NCBI GenBank assembly: GCA_041665505.1
Contig: JBAYIR010000001.1
Coordinates: 19,108-83,107, forward strand
DNA length: 64,000 bases
Direction: 5' to 3'
DNA from: Patescibacteria group bacterium
GTDB taxonomy: Bacteria; Patescibacteriota; Patescibacteriia; UBA1558; GWA2-36-10
The notes beneath the pieces are model-generated. The model saw nothing but the letters and a program-made list of their open reading frames with translations. It ran no database searches and was not told the DNA's origin. Positions 39,230 through 47,663 of this stretch are shown in pieces; position 1 is the stretch's first letter, and every line of letters starts with the position of its first letter. The translations under genes and the position numbers were made by a program.

Positions 39230-40270
39230 ATGAAAAAGGCAAATCCCGCAAAGCGGGACTCCGCTACGCGGAGGAAAAAAATAAGAGTAGCTATCAATGG
39301 TTTTGGTCGTATTGGCCGAGCGGCTTTTAAAATAATGTTGGATAATAAAAAATATGAAGTAGTAGCTATCAATGATTTAGCACCAGTAGAGACTCTGGCT
39401 TATTTATTAAAACACGATACTGTCTATGGACTCTACCATAAAAAAGTTAGTCACAGTGGCTTAAATATTGTAGTTAGCGGTAAAAAATATCTTATTACCA
39501 GTCAGGCTGAACCAAAAAAATTACCTTGGAAAAAAATGAGAGTAGATGTGGTTTTGGAATGTACTGGTCGTTTTGTCAAAGATGGAATGTCTCGCGATCA
39601 TATCAGAGCTGGCGCTAAAAAAGTAATTATATCTGCTCCAGCTAAGGGTGGAGGAGTAGATACTTTTCTTTTGGGAGTCAATCAAGATAGTTACAAAAAT
39701 CAAGACGTCATATCCAATGCCAGTTGCACTACCAATTGTATTGCGCCAGTCGCTCAAGTATTAGTGTCCAAGTTTGGAGTAGCCAAGGCTATGATGACTA
39801 CTATTCATTCCTATACAGCTGATCAAGTTTTGGTAGACGGTCCACATAAAGATTTTCGTCGGGGCAGAAGTGCGGCTGAAAATATTATTCCTACTTCTAC
39901 GGGAGCAGCAGTGGCGACAGCTCAGGTCATACCAGAGCTAGAAGGATTGTTTGACGGCTTAGCTGTGCGTGTACCAACTCCAGTTGGCTCTTTGTCTGAT
40001 TTTACCTTTGTGCTCAAAAAAGATGTAACAGTCCAGCAAGTAAATAATGCTTTAATTGCTGCTAGCAAGAGTAAGCGGTATCAGGGTATTTTGGGAGTAA
40101 CTGATGAGCCAGTAGTTTCTTCAGATTTTATTGGGGACGCTCGTTCATCAATTGTAGATTTGTCACTGACCAAAGTAGTTGGTGGTAATATGGTCAAAAT
40201 TATTGCTTGGTATGATAATGAATGGGGCTATTCCGCTAGATTGGTAGAAATGATTGATAGAGTAGCATAA
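39230..40270 (+). CDS. gap: Glyceraldehyde-3-phosphate dehydrogenase (type I) with a 17-aa basic N-terminal leader of uncertain reality
   Basis: INGFGRIGR Rossmann motif and the active-site SCTTNC. Confidence 0.85.
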   Translation: MKKANPAKRDSATRRKKIRVAINGFGRIGRAAFKIMLDNKKYEVVAINDLAPVETLAYLLKHDTVYGLYHKKVSHSGLNIVVSGKKYLITSQAEPKKLPWKKMRVDVVLECTGRFVKDGMSRDHIRAGAKKVIISAPAKGGGVDTFLLGVNQDSYKNQDVISNASCTTNCIAPVAQVLVSKFGVAKAMMTTIHSYTADQVLVDGPHKDFRRGRSAAENIIPTSTGAAVATAQVIPELEGLFDGLAVRVPTPVGSLSDFTFVLKKDVTVQQVNNALIAASKSKRYQGILGVTDEPVVSSDFIGDARSSIVDLSLTKVVGGNMVKIIAWYDNEWGYSARLVEMIDRVA

Positions 40271-40370
40271 TTTTTATATTCAAACTAAGAGACGTTCCTA
40301 GCGGGGCGTCTTTTCATGTATTAGACAAAAATTATCTTTGTGTTACAATGGAATAATTGAGGCAAATAGT

Positions 40371-41753
40371 ATGAATATTCGTTTATATAATAGTTTGAGT
40401 AAAACCAAGGAGGAATTTAAGCCCATCAAAAAGAAAGAGGTGGGTCTTTATACTTGTGGCCCAACTGTTTATGACTATCCGCATATTGGCAATTTAATGC
40501 CTTATATTGTTTGGGATGTTTTGAAAAAAGTGTTAAAAGTGGATGGTTATAAAGTCAAACATATCATGAATATTACAGATGTTGGACATTTAACTTCAGA
40601 TGCTGATCAGGGAGAAGATAAATTGGTCAAAGCCAGTCGTGAGTCTGGTCAAAATGCTTGGCAGATTGCAGAATTTTTTATCAAAGTTTTTCGTAATAAT
40701 CTATCCAGCTTAAATATTGATGAGCCAAGCAAATTTATCCGAGCGACTGAAAGTATCAAAGAACAAATAGAATTTGTGCGTTTGTTGGATCAAAAAGGCT
40801 ATTTATATAAGATTTCAGATGGTATGTATTTTGATACATCCAAGATAGCTGATTATGGTCGTTTGGCTAATTTGGCCAATGTTGAACTACAAGAAGGTGC
40901 CCGGGTAGAAAAAAATGAGGAAAAAAGGAATCCAAGTGATTTTGCGGTTTGGAAATTTTCTCCAGAAGACAGAACTAGAGATATGGAATGGGAATCTCCT
41001 TGGGGTCTTGGTTTTCCAGGCTGGCATTTGGAGTGTTCAGTGATGAGTCGTTTGGAGCTAGGGGATACTTTTGATATTCATACTGGTGGCATGGATCATT
41101 TGACCGTCCATCATCCCAATGAAATGGCACAATCACAGGCTGTGACTGGTAAATTGCAAGCCAATTATTGGTTACATAATGCTTTTATTAAATATGAAGG
41201 TGGGAAAATGTCCAAGTCTAATGGCACTTTTATTACTTTAGAAGAATTAAGGGCCAAGGGTTTTTCACCAATGTCATATCGATTTCTTATTTTACAAAAT
41301 CATTACCGTAAGCCACTTAATTTTTCTTTAGAATCATTACAAGCTGCTCAAAATGGTTTGGCTGCTATTGTCCGAGCTATAGCTTTTTATCCTAAAGCCA
41401 AAGGCGGCTGTAAAGAATTGGAAGCAGAATTTTATGAGGCTGTTAGTGATGATTTAAACACCTCAAAAGCTTTGGCAGTAGTGCAGAAAGTAATTGAAGC
41501 TGATTGTAAAGACAATGCCAAGCTAGCCACTATTTTGAAGATGGATGAGGTTTTGGGTTTGCGTTTGGAAGGTTTAGTAAAAAATGCTTTGGATATTACT
41601 GGGGAGGCAGTAGTCATTTTAGAAGAAAGAATTAAAGCCAGAGATAATAAAGATTGGCCGTCAGCTGATAGATTGAGAAACAAATTAACGGCTCTAGGAG
41701 TAGAAGTACAGGATACTCCAGATGGACAAAGAGCTATTCAAATAAAATTTTAA
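40371..41753 (+). CDS. cysS: Cysteine--tRNA ligase
   Basis: HIGN (HIGH) and KMSKS motifs. The start is taken at MNIRLYN, which has an upstream TGAGG SD. Confidence 0.9.
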   Translation: MNIRLYNSLSKTKEEFKPIKKKEVGLYTCGPTVYDYPHIGNLMPYIVWDVLKKVLKVDGYKVKHIMNITDVGHLTSDADQGEDKLVKASRESGQNAWQIAEFFIKVFRNNLSSLNIDEPSKFIRATESIKEQIEFVRLLDQKGYLYKISDGMYFDTSKIADYGRLANLANVELQEGARVEKNEEKRNPSDFAVWKFSPEDRTRDMEWESPWGLGFPGWHLECSVMSRLELGDTFDIHTGGMDHLTVHHPNEMAQSQAVTGKLQANYWLHNAFIKYEGGKMSKSNGTFITLEELRAKGFSPMSYRFLILQNHYRKPLNFSLESLQAAQNGLAAIVRAIAFYPKAKGGCKELEAEFYEAVSDDLNTSKALAVVQKVIEADCKDNAKLATILKMDEVLGLRLEGLVKNALDITGEAVVILEERIKARDNKDWPSADRLRNKLTALGVEVQDTPDGQRAIQIKF

Positions 41754-41851
41754 TTAGTGTCTAGTATAGTAAATAAGTATGCGGATACTGATAGTATTCC
41801 GCATTTTTTTCTTTATTTATATAAAAATGTTTGTTATAATGCTCTATATAT

Positions 41852-42934
41852 ATGAAAAATGAATCAAAAATAATTATAATTAAAGTGGGTACTAATATGC
41901 TCACGGCCAATGGTGATAAATTGAATCGTAGTCTTATTTTAGAATTGGTTAAACAGTTAGTCAGTTTACATAATAAAGGATATAAGCCAGTACTCGTAAC
42001 TTCTGGAGCTGTAGCAGCTGGCAGAGAAGTGCTCAAATTATCAAATGGTATAGAAAGAATTACACAACGTCAAATTTATGCTGCTGTTGGTCAGGCCCGT
42101 CTGATGCATGAGTATGAAAAAATTTTTCAAAAACATGGAATACTTGTCGGTCAAGCACTATTAACCAGAGAAGATTTTTCAGATAGAATTAGATATGACA
42201 ATGCCCTCCATACTTTAAATGGCTTATTAGATAATGGTGCTATTCCAATTATCAATGAGAATGATGTGGTAACTATACAAGAGCTTTCTTTTGGAGATAA
42301 TGATGTATTAGCCGCCGCTACTGCTATTGCTTTAAATGCAGATAAACTGTTGTTATTAACCAATCAAGACGGAGTGATGACAGCCAACCCAGAAAAAAAT
42401 AAAGAAGCAGCTAAATTAATTCATGAAGTTAGGGATATAAACGAAATTTTTTCTGTTATTTCTGATAATTCTAGTTCTAGCCATGGTGTTGGGGGGATGT
42501 ATTCAAAAGTTAATGCCGCACAGCTAGCAGCTAATGCTGGAATTCCCACTTGGATTGCCAATGGTTTGCAGCCAGAAAATATTGGGGCAATTATAGAAGG
42601 CAAAAAGACAGGCACTAATCTTATTGCTAGACCAAATAAACTGTCTGAAAGAGAGCGCTGGATTCTATGTGCCAAAAATGCGGCTGCTGGTATTATTATA
42701 GATGATGGAGCGGCTCAAGCATTACGTCAAAATAAAAGTCTTTTGATGGTCGGAGTAAAAAAGATTAAAGGATCTTTTGACGCCAGAGAAATTGTTGAGG
42801 TGTTAGATCAATTTGAGCACATTGTTGCCTATGGCATAGTCAACTATTCTTCCAATGAATTAACTCAAGCGCTTGATTTTCCTCAATCATTAAAAAAAGA
42901 AGTAATTCACGTAAATAATTTACATTTAGCATGA
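41852..42934 (+). CDS. proB: Glutamate 5-kinase with a C-terminal PUA domain
   Basis: IIKVGTN.L...G.L........L..Q...L...G...V.V.SGAVA.G. Confidence 0.85.
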   Translation: MKNESKIIIIKVGTNMLTANGDKLNRSLILELVKQLVSLHNKGYKPVLVTSGAVAAGREVLKLSNGIERITQRQIYAAVGQARLMHEYEKIFQKHGILVGQALLTREDFSDRIRYDNALHTLNGLLDNGAIPIINENDVVTIQELSFGDNDVLAAATAIALNADKLLLLTNQDGVMTANPEKNKEAAKLIHEVRDINEIFSVISDNSSSSHGVGGMYSKVNAAQLAANAGIPTWIANGLQPENIGAIIEGKKTGTNLIARPNKLSERERWILCAKNAAAGIIIDDGAAQALRQNKSLLMVGVKKIKGSFDAREIVEVLDQFEHIVAYGIVNYSSNELTQALDFPQSLKKEVIHVNNLHLA

Positions 42935-43743
42935 GAAAATATAATATCACAATTATTGGTTGTGGAAACATGGGCACCGTTATTATGGAGCGTTTACTTA
43001 GCGCTGGCTATGTTACAAAAAAAACACTCACTATAGTTGATAATAATCCTTTGACTTTGGCTAAGCTAAAAAAAACTGGAATAAAAGTGGAAAATGATTT
43101 AGTCAAAGCAGTGGCTAAAGCAGAAATAATTTTTTTGGCCGTCAAACCCCAACAATATCAGCTGATAGCTAATGATTTAAAAGCTAAATTAAGAGCCGGT
43201 CAGATAGTAATTTCAATAATGGCTGGCGTTACATACAAAGCTTTGGCTAAGCGTTTGTCACACAAAAATATTGTCCGGACTATGCCCAACTTAGCAGCTA
43301 AAATAGGGGAAAGTATTAGCGTCTGGTACACACCAGAAGAATTTGTCAAAAAAAATAAAAAAACTATTGAAAATTTATTATCTGTAATTGGTGATTCACT
43401 ACAAGTAAAAAATGAAGCTATGCTTGATAAAACGACGGCCATCAGTGGTAGTGGTCCAGCTTATTTTTTCTATATAGCAGAATTATTGGAGCAACAAGCT
43501 TGTGATTTTGGCTTCACAGCTGAAGAAGCAAATAAATTAGTAAGTCAGACTTTTTATGGTGCCGCACAACTTTTAGATAATGATATTCGATCATCTAAAG
43601 ACCTTAGACAAGCAGTAACATCAAAAAACGGCACAACAGAGGCAGCTCTAAAAAAATTGGGTCCGCAGTTTGTAAAGATTTGGAAAGGTGCTATAAATGC
43701 TGCCTATCAAAGGGCAAAAGTAATTTCAAAAGAATATGAATAA
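42931..43743 (+). CDS. proC: Pyrroline-5-carboxylate reductase
   Basis: I.IIG.GNMG N-terminal Rossmann fold and a C-terminal P5CR dimerisation region. The gene overlaps proB by 4 nt. Confidence 0.85.
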   Translation: MRKYNITIIGCGNMGTVIMERLLSAGYVTKKTLTIVDNNPLTLAKLKKTGIKVENDLVKAVAKAEIIFLAVKPQQYQLIANDLKAKLRAGQIVISIMAGVTYKALAKRLSHKNIVRTMPNLAAKIGESISVWYTPEEFVKKNKKTIENLLSVIGDSLQVKNEAMLDKTTAISGSGPAYFFYIAELLEQQACDFGFTAEEANKLVSQTFYGAAQLLDNDIRSSKDLRQAVTSKNGTTEAALKKLGPQFVKIWKGAINAAYQRAKVISKEYE

Positions 43744-44995
43744 ATCAATATTACAAATAGGAAAACAAGCCCAACTGGCTTCACGTCAATTTTCTCAGAC
43801 TTCAAATATAAATAAAAATGCCGTATTGAAGACATTGGCAAAGTTAATTCAAATTAAAGAAGCGGAAATTCTAAAAGCCAATCGCCAAGATGTAATGCGA
43901 CAAGGTGAAAGGCATCCTATGACTGATCGTCTGATGCTAAATAAAGAGCGTTTAAAAGAAATTAGACGAAGTCTTTTGGCTGTAGCACAGTTGCCAGACC
44001 CAGTTGGTGAAGTAGTAGAAACTAGCAAAGAAGCCAACGGCCTAAATATCTCTAGAGTCAGAGTACCTATTGGAGTACTAGGGGTGATTTATGAATCAAG
44101 ACCAAATGTAACAGTAGAAATATCCAGTTTGGCTTTAAAAGCTGGTAATGTTGTTATTCTAAAAGGAGGGAAAGAAGCAAATTCTACTAACCAAGTATTG
44201 GTAAATTTAATTCAAGGCGCTTTGACAAAACATGGTTTTTCAAAATTTACTGTCCAATTACTAGATGCTTCGCAAAGGTCTCTGGTGATAGAGCTTCTTC
44301 GCTTAAATAAATATGTTGACGTTTTAATACCACGTGGCAGTAGAAGATTAATTGATTTTGTGCGTGATAATGCTAGTGTACCAGTTATTGAAACTGGTGC
44401 TGGAGTTTGTCATACATATGTAGAAAAATCAGCTGCTATTATAAAGTCTGCCAAAATTATTGAAAATGCTAAGACTCAACGTCCCACTGTTTGCAATGCT
44501 TTAGATACTTTGGTGTTAGATCAAGCTATCACTCAAAAATTTTTACCAGTAGTAGCCCAGCGACTGAAAAAATACAAAGTAATTATCAGAGCTGATATGC
44601 TCAGTCATAAAGTTTTAGAGAAGTGTTATCCAAAGGACTTATTGAAAAAAGCCATAGAAAAAGATTTTGGTAAAGAATTTCTTGGATTGGAAATGTCAAT
44701 AAAAACTGTAAAAAATTTTACAGAAGCTTTTGAGTTTATTCAAAATCATACTTCCGGACATTCAGAAGCAATTTTAACAAAAAATAAAAAAATTGGAGAA
44801 CAATTTTTGAAAACAATTGATGCCGCCGCTGTGTATGTAAATACTTCCACTCGCTATACTGACGGCTTTCAATTTGGTCTGGGGGCAGAAGTGGGTATTT
44901 CTACTCAAAAATTACACGCTCGAGGACCAATTGGTTTGAGAGAATTAACTAGCGTTAAATGGGTAGTGCACAGTAATTGGAAAATTAGAATTTGA
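43736..44995 (+). CDS. proA: Gamma-glutamyl phosphate reductase
   Basis: Aldehyde dehydrogenase fold with VIYESRPNVTV..S.LALK.GN.VILKGG. Confidence 0.85.
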   Translation: MNKSILQIGKQAQLASRQFSQTSNINKNAVLKTLAKLIQIKEAEILKANRQDVMRQGERHPMTDRLMLNKERLKEIRRSLLAVAQLPDPVGEVVETSKEANGLNISRVRVPIGVLGVIYESRPNVTVEISSLALKAGNVVILKGGKEANSTNQVLVNLIQGALTKHGFSKFTVQLLDASQRSLVIELLRLNKYVDVLIPRGSRRLIDFVRDNASVPVIETGAGVCHTYVEKSAAIIKSAKIIENAKTQRPTVCNALDTLVLDQAITQKFLPVVAQRLKKYKVIIRADMLSHKVLEKCYPKDLLKKAIEKDFGKEFLGLEMSIKTVKNFTEAFEFIQNHTSGHSEAILTKNKKIGEQFLKTIDAAAVYVNTSTRYTDGFQFGLGAEVGISTQKLHARGPIGLRELTSVKWVVHSNWKIRI

Positions 44996-45117
44996 TTACT
45001 ATATAATTTATTTTAAGCTGTTTCAAATAATTTAAAATATCATTTCTCTAAATAGGGGAGTGATTTTTAGATTATTATTTTTTAGTAAGTATTATTTCAT
45101 TTATATAAGCCGTCGCT

Positions 45118-45146
45118 TGACACTACGCCGTCTATTAATTATACTC
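45118..45146 (+). promoter_or_regulatory. Sigma70-like promoter TTGACA-17-TATACT for cassette E, with a ~120-nt structured leader
   Basis: Direct motif read. The leader contains the hairpin gacaggc-tttat-gcttgtc. Confidence 0.45.
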
Positions 45147-45266
45147 TTATTGTTACTATGTGTTTTTTTGACAGTTTAATATGTCTAAGTGTTTTGCTCT
45201 ATGAGCAAAAGGTGACAGGCTTTATGCTTGTCTCTAAACCGTCCCTTCAACCTAGGAAAGGAGGAT

Positions 45267-46715
45267 GTGCACGTTTCGCCATATCCTAGTCCATCGGCTT
45301 CACACGCTTCACCAAAACAAACTAGGATGCTTGGTGCATCCAGAATGGAGCTGCAGATGATTACCCGTCAGGACAACCCTAGCATGTCTGCTCAGGCAGA
45401 CGTTATCGTCATTGGTGGGGGCGCCAACGGTGCTCTTATCACCTTTGAGCTCGCCAAGCGTGGCTACCAAGTCATCACCCTGGAAAAGGGTGCACTTGGT
45501 AACGGATCCAGCAGTCGTTCCGCGGCTTGTATCCGCGCTCAGTTCGGCGATCCTCGTAACGTCCTCGGCATGGTGTATGCCGAGTGGTTCTTCGAGAACT
45601 TCTACTCGATCTTGGGTGTTCCCGAAGAGGAGCAGAATGAGTGGCTGTTTGAGCAAAACGGCTACCTGTTCCTCTATGAGGATCCTGGTCAGATCGAAGA
45701 TTCTGCCAAGAGCAAGGCTTCTGCCAAGGCATGGCTCGAGGCACTGAAAGCTGCTCACATGCAACAGAAGCTTGGTTTGCCGGTTGAGATTCTCGATCCC
45801 TCTACTGTCCACGCCCGCTACCCGCACATCAACCCTGAACTTTTGATCGGCGCGACCTTCTGCCCCACCGACGGTTTCCTCAACCACGACCTCATCTACC
45901 TCAGGGGATTCGAGATGGCCCAGCGGCACTACGGTGCCCAGGTCTTCACGAACACCGAGGTGATCGGCGCTACTCGTGCCAAAGACGGCACGATCACTAC
46001 TCTGCACACCACAAGTGGTGACTTCTCGGCCAAGTGGATTGTCAACGCGACCAATGCGTGGGCGCCACGGCTGAGCAAGTTGCTGGGCGGCATGGAACTG
46101 CCCATCACACCCTTTAAGCGGTATTTGTACTGGGTACAGCCGCACTCGTCCGTGTTTTCGGACGATAGTTGGAAGAAACTACCCTTCACCATCTTCGGGA
46201 TGGGTCCGGACAGAGGATCCTACTGTCGGCCGCATCACAACGAGTTGATGTACGGTTGGGCTCACGAAGCTGAACCTGAACCGCAGTTCAGCGACGAAGA
46301 CCAGGACAGGATCGGTGCTGGTTTCCATCCCGATTCGGCAAGTGGCGACCGAGACTACTGGCTGGAGTTCCGTCTCAACGTCAACGACTTCTCGGAGTTG
46401 TTGGCCAACACTGGTCGGGCTCGGGCAACTGCCGGGTACTACGGCCAGACGCCGGATCATCAGCCAATCATCGATGTGGATACGCAAGTGTCCAACCTGA
46501 TCCATGCGGTCGGATTCTCTGGCCACGGCTTGATGATGTCTCCGGTGACTGCTCAGGTGGTCGCCGCCCTCGTCGATGGCCGGGGCGAGATCGTGAACAG
46601 GCAGATTTGTCTGCCACCGATGTTCAGGCCCGAGATGACCAAGCTCATGCTCGATTGCAGTCACTTCTCGGCCACGAGGGACTTCTACGCTCAGAAGGAA
46701 GGAGCTTACATCTAG
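45267..46715 (+). CDS. FAD-dependent oxidoreductase, DAO family (glycine/sarcosine/D-amino-acid oxidase-like); GC-rich (~58%)
   Basis: DVIVIGGGANGALITFELAKRGYQVITLEKG is a GxGxxG Rossmann motif, and the C-terminus has a GFSGHGLM motif. A GTG at 45267 lies 4 nt after AGGAGG. Alternative starts are 45228 (ORF track) and the ATG at about 45357. Confidence 0.75.
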   Translation: MHVSPYPSPSASHASPKQTRMLGASRMELQMITRQDNPSMSAQADVIVIGGGANGALITFELAKRGYQVITLEKGALGNGSSSRSAACIRAQFGDPRNVLGMVYAEWFFENFYSILGVPEEEQNEWLFEQNGYLFLYEDPGQIEDSAKSKASAKAWLEALKAAHMQQKLGLPVEILDPSTVHARYPHINPELLIGATFCPTDGFLNHDLIYLRGFEMAQRHYGAQVFTNTEVIGATRAKDGTITTLHTTSGDFSAKWIVNATNAWAPRLSKLLGGMELPITPFKRYLYWVQPHSSVFSDDSWKKLPFTIFGMGPDRGSYCRPHHNELMYGWAHEAEPEPQFSDEDQDRIGAGFHPDSASGDRDYWLEFRLNVNDFSELLANTGRARATAGYYGQTPDHQPIIDVDTQVSNLIHAVGFSGHGLMMSPVTAQVVAALVDGRGEIVNRQICLPPMFRPEMTKLMLDCSHFSATRDFYAQKEGAYI

Positions 46716-46742
46716 ACATGTGTTCATTACAGTTTCGGACCA

Positions 46743-46808
46743 GGGGGTCTACAGCACATAAGCGATTGTTTACAATCGTGTGTCTGTAGCCCCCTGAATT
46801 TTTTTATT
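46743..46808 (+). terminator. Long imperfect palindrome plus T-run, acting as a terminator
   Basis: cagggggtctacagcaca...cgattgt-tt-acaatcg...tgtgtctgtagccccctg followed by aattttttta. Confidence 0.5.
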
Positions 46809-46848
46809 CTAAATATTATACTATATTGATTATTTACGAGGCTTTGTA

Positions 46849-46877
46849 TTGACAAATTGTATTTTTTACGATAATTT
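46849..46877 (+). promoter_or_regulatory. Sigma70-like promoter (TTGACA ... GATAAT) for the small cassette E gene
   Basis: Direct motif read. An AGGAGG SD lies at 46927-46932. Confidence 0.45.
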
Positions 46878-46941
46878 TTATATTACGTTCCAAAATTGGG
46901 GCGTTTGCTAGGAAACAGTGCATTTAGCAGGAGGCAATTCA

Positions 46942-47271
46942 ATGCAGGCCGACAAAATTATCGGTGAGACCACCCGTGTGTTCCCTCGACTGCGCTGCGT
47001 GGCTATCAAGCTGGCACCGAACGACACGGTTCTCAGGGAGGGGATGACCGTTTCCTTCCATCGCGAGGCTAGCGATATGGGAGCTTTGGGCTTCCATGAC
47101 AGCACCCACAAGATCACCTCGATCGAGGTCAACCGGACGCCGGTGGCTGAGGCAACTCATCAGGATGGTATCTGTGCTGTTTGGATCGGTGGTTCGGTAG
47201 ATGATTTGCCGCCTCGTCGCTGCATCGTCTCGGTCATCAACGACCGGGCACCTGATCAGCCCACGACTTGA
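46942..47271 (+). CDS. Hypothetical 109-aa protein, partner of the FAD oxidoreductase
   Basis: AGGAGG lies 9 nt before ATG (MQADKIIGETTRV...). GC-rich. No family recognised. Confidence 0.55.
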   Translation: MQADKIIGETTRVFPRLRCVAIKLAPNDTVLREGMTVSFHREASDMGALGFHDSTHKITSIEVNRTPVAEATHQDGICAVWIGGSVDDLPPRRCIVSVINDRAPDQPTT

Positions 47272-47296
47272 CAAGTTGTTCGAGTCGTGGTAAGAT
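47268..47296 (+). promoter_or_regulatory. Putative tRNA-operon promoter TTGACA-17-TAAGAT
   Basis: Direct motif read. It overlaps the hairpin cacgact-N14-agtcgtg at the end of the preceding CDS. Confidence 0.4.
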
Positions 47297-47312
47297 AATC
47301 TTTCGATTTGGT

Positions 47313-47389
47313 GCGCCGTTAGCTCAATTGGTTAGAGCACTAGGCTTACAAGCTAGAGGTTGAGGGTTCAAGTCCCTCACGGCGTACCA
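47313..47389 (+). tRNA. tRNA-Val(TAC)
   Basis: Manual cloverleaf. Acceptor GCGCCGT/ACGGCGT (G1:U72), D-arm TAGCTCAATTGGTTAGAGC, anticodon loop CTTACAA, T-arm GAGGGTTCAAGTCCCTC, and an encoded CCA. Confidence 0.75.
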
Positions 47390-47400
47390 CACAATTTGGT

Positions 47401-47476
47401 GGGGTTATAGCTCAATTGGCAGAGCATCAGACTCAAAATCTGAATGTTAGGAGTTCAAATCTCCTTAACCCCACCA
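47401..47476 (+). tRNA. tRNA with anticodon CAA and a short (5-nt) variable arm. The overall sequence resembles tRNA-Trp(CCA) with C35 changed to A.
   Basis: Manual cloverleaf. Acceptor GGGGTTA/TAACCCC, anticodon stem TCAGA/TCTGA, loop CTCAAAA, variable arm ATGTT, T-arm AGGAGTTCAAATCTCCT, discriminator A, encoded CCA. Confidence 0.65.
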
Positions 47477-47494
47477 CTGTTCTTCTCTACAGAA

Positions 47495-47570
47495 CCCTAT
47501 ATAGCTCAACTGGACAGAGCCCCTGGATTTCTTCTCAGGAGCCGTGGAGGTTCGAATCCTCCTATAGGAG
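47495..47570 (+). tRNA. Non-canonical tRNA-like gene (Arg-TCT-like layout) with an 8-nt anticodon loop, a 6-nt variable region, a C1:A72 mismatch and no encoded CCA; possibly a pseudo- or recoding tRNA
   Basis: A canonical D-arm (TAGCTCAACTGGACAGAGC) and T-arm (GGAGGTTCGAATCCTCC) are present. The anticodon stem CCTGG/TCAGG encloses ATTTCTTC. Confidence 0.4.
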
Positions 47571-47576
47571 TTCTGG

Positions 47577-47614
47577 GGGCCCGCGTTGCACAAACGCGGG
47601 CCCTAAAGTTTTTT
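47577..47614 (+). terminator. Rho-independent terminator after the tRNA cluster
   Basis: gggcccgcg-ttgcacaaa-cgcgggccc followed by taaagtttttt. Confidence 0.65.
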
Positions 47615-47663
47615 ATGCTATAATATAGGTATACTAATTTGAATATTTATCGCTTTAAATGAT

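Noticed and set aside
45309-46727. Long antisense ORFs inside the FAD oxidoreductase gene: 45309..46145 (-), 45475..45744 (-), 45929..46192 (-) and 46179..46727 (-).
   Set aside because: High-GC DNA generates long stop-free frames. The sense strand has the Rossmann motif, the SD and the promoter. The antisense products are Arg/Pro-rich low-complexity sequence.
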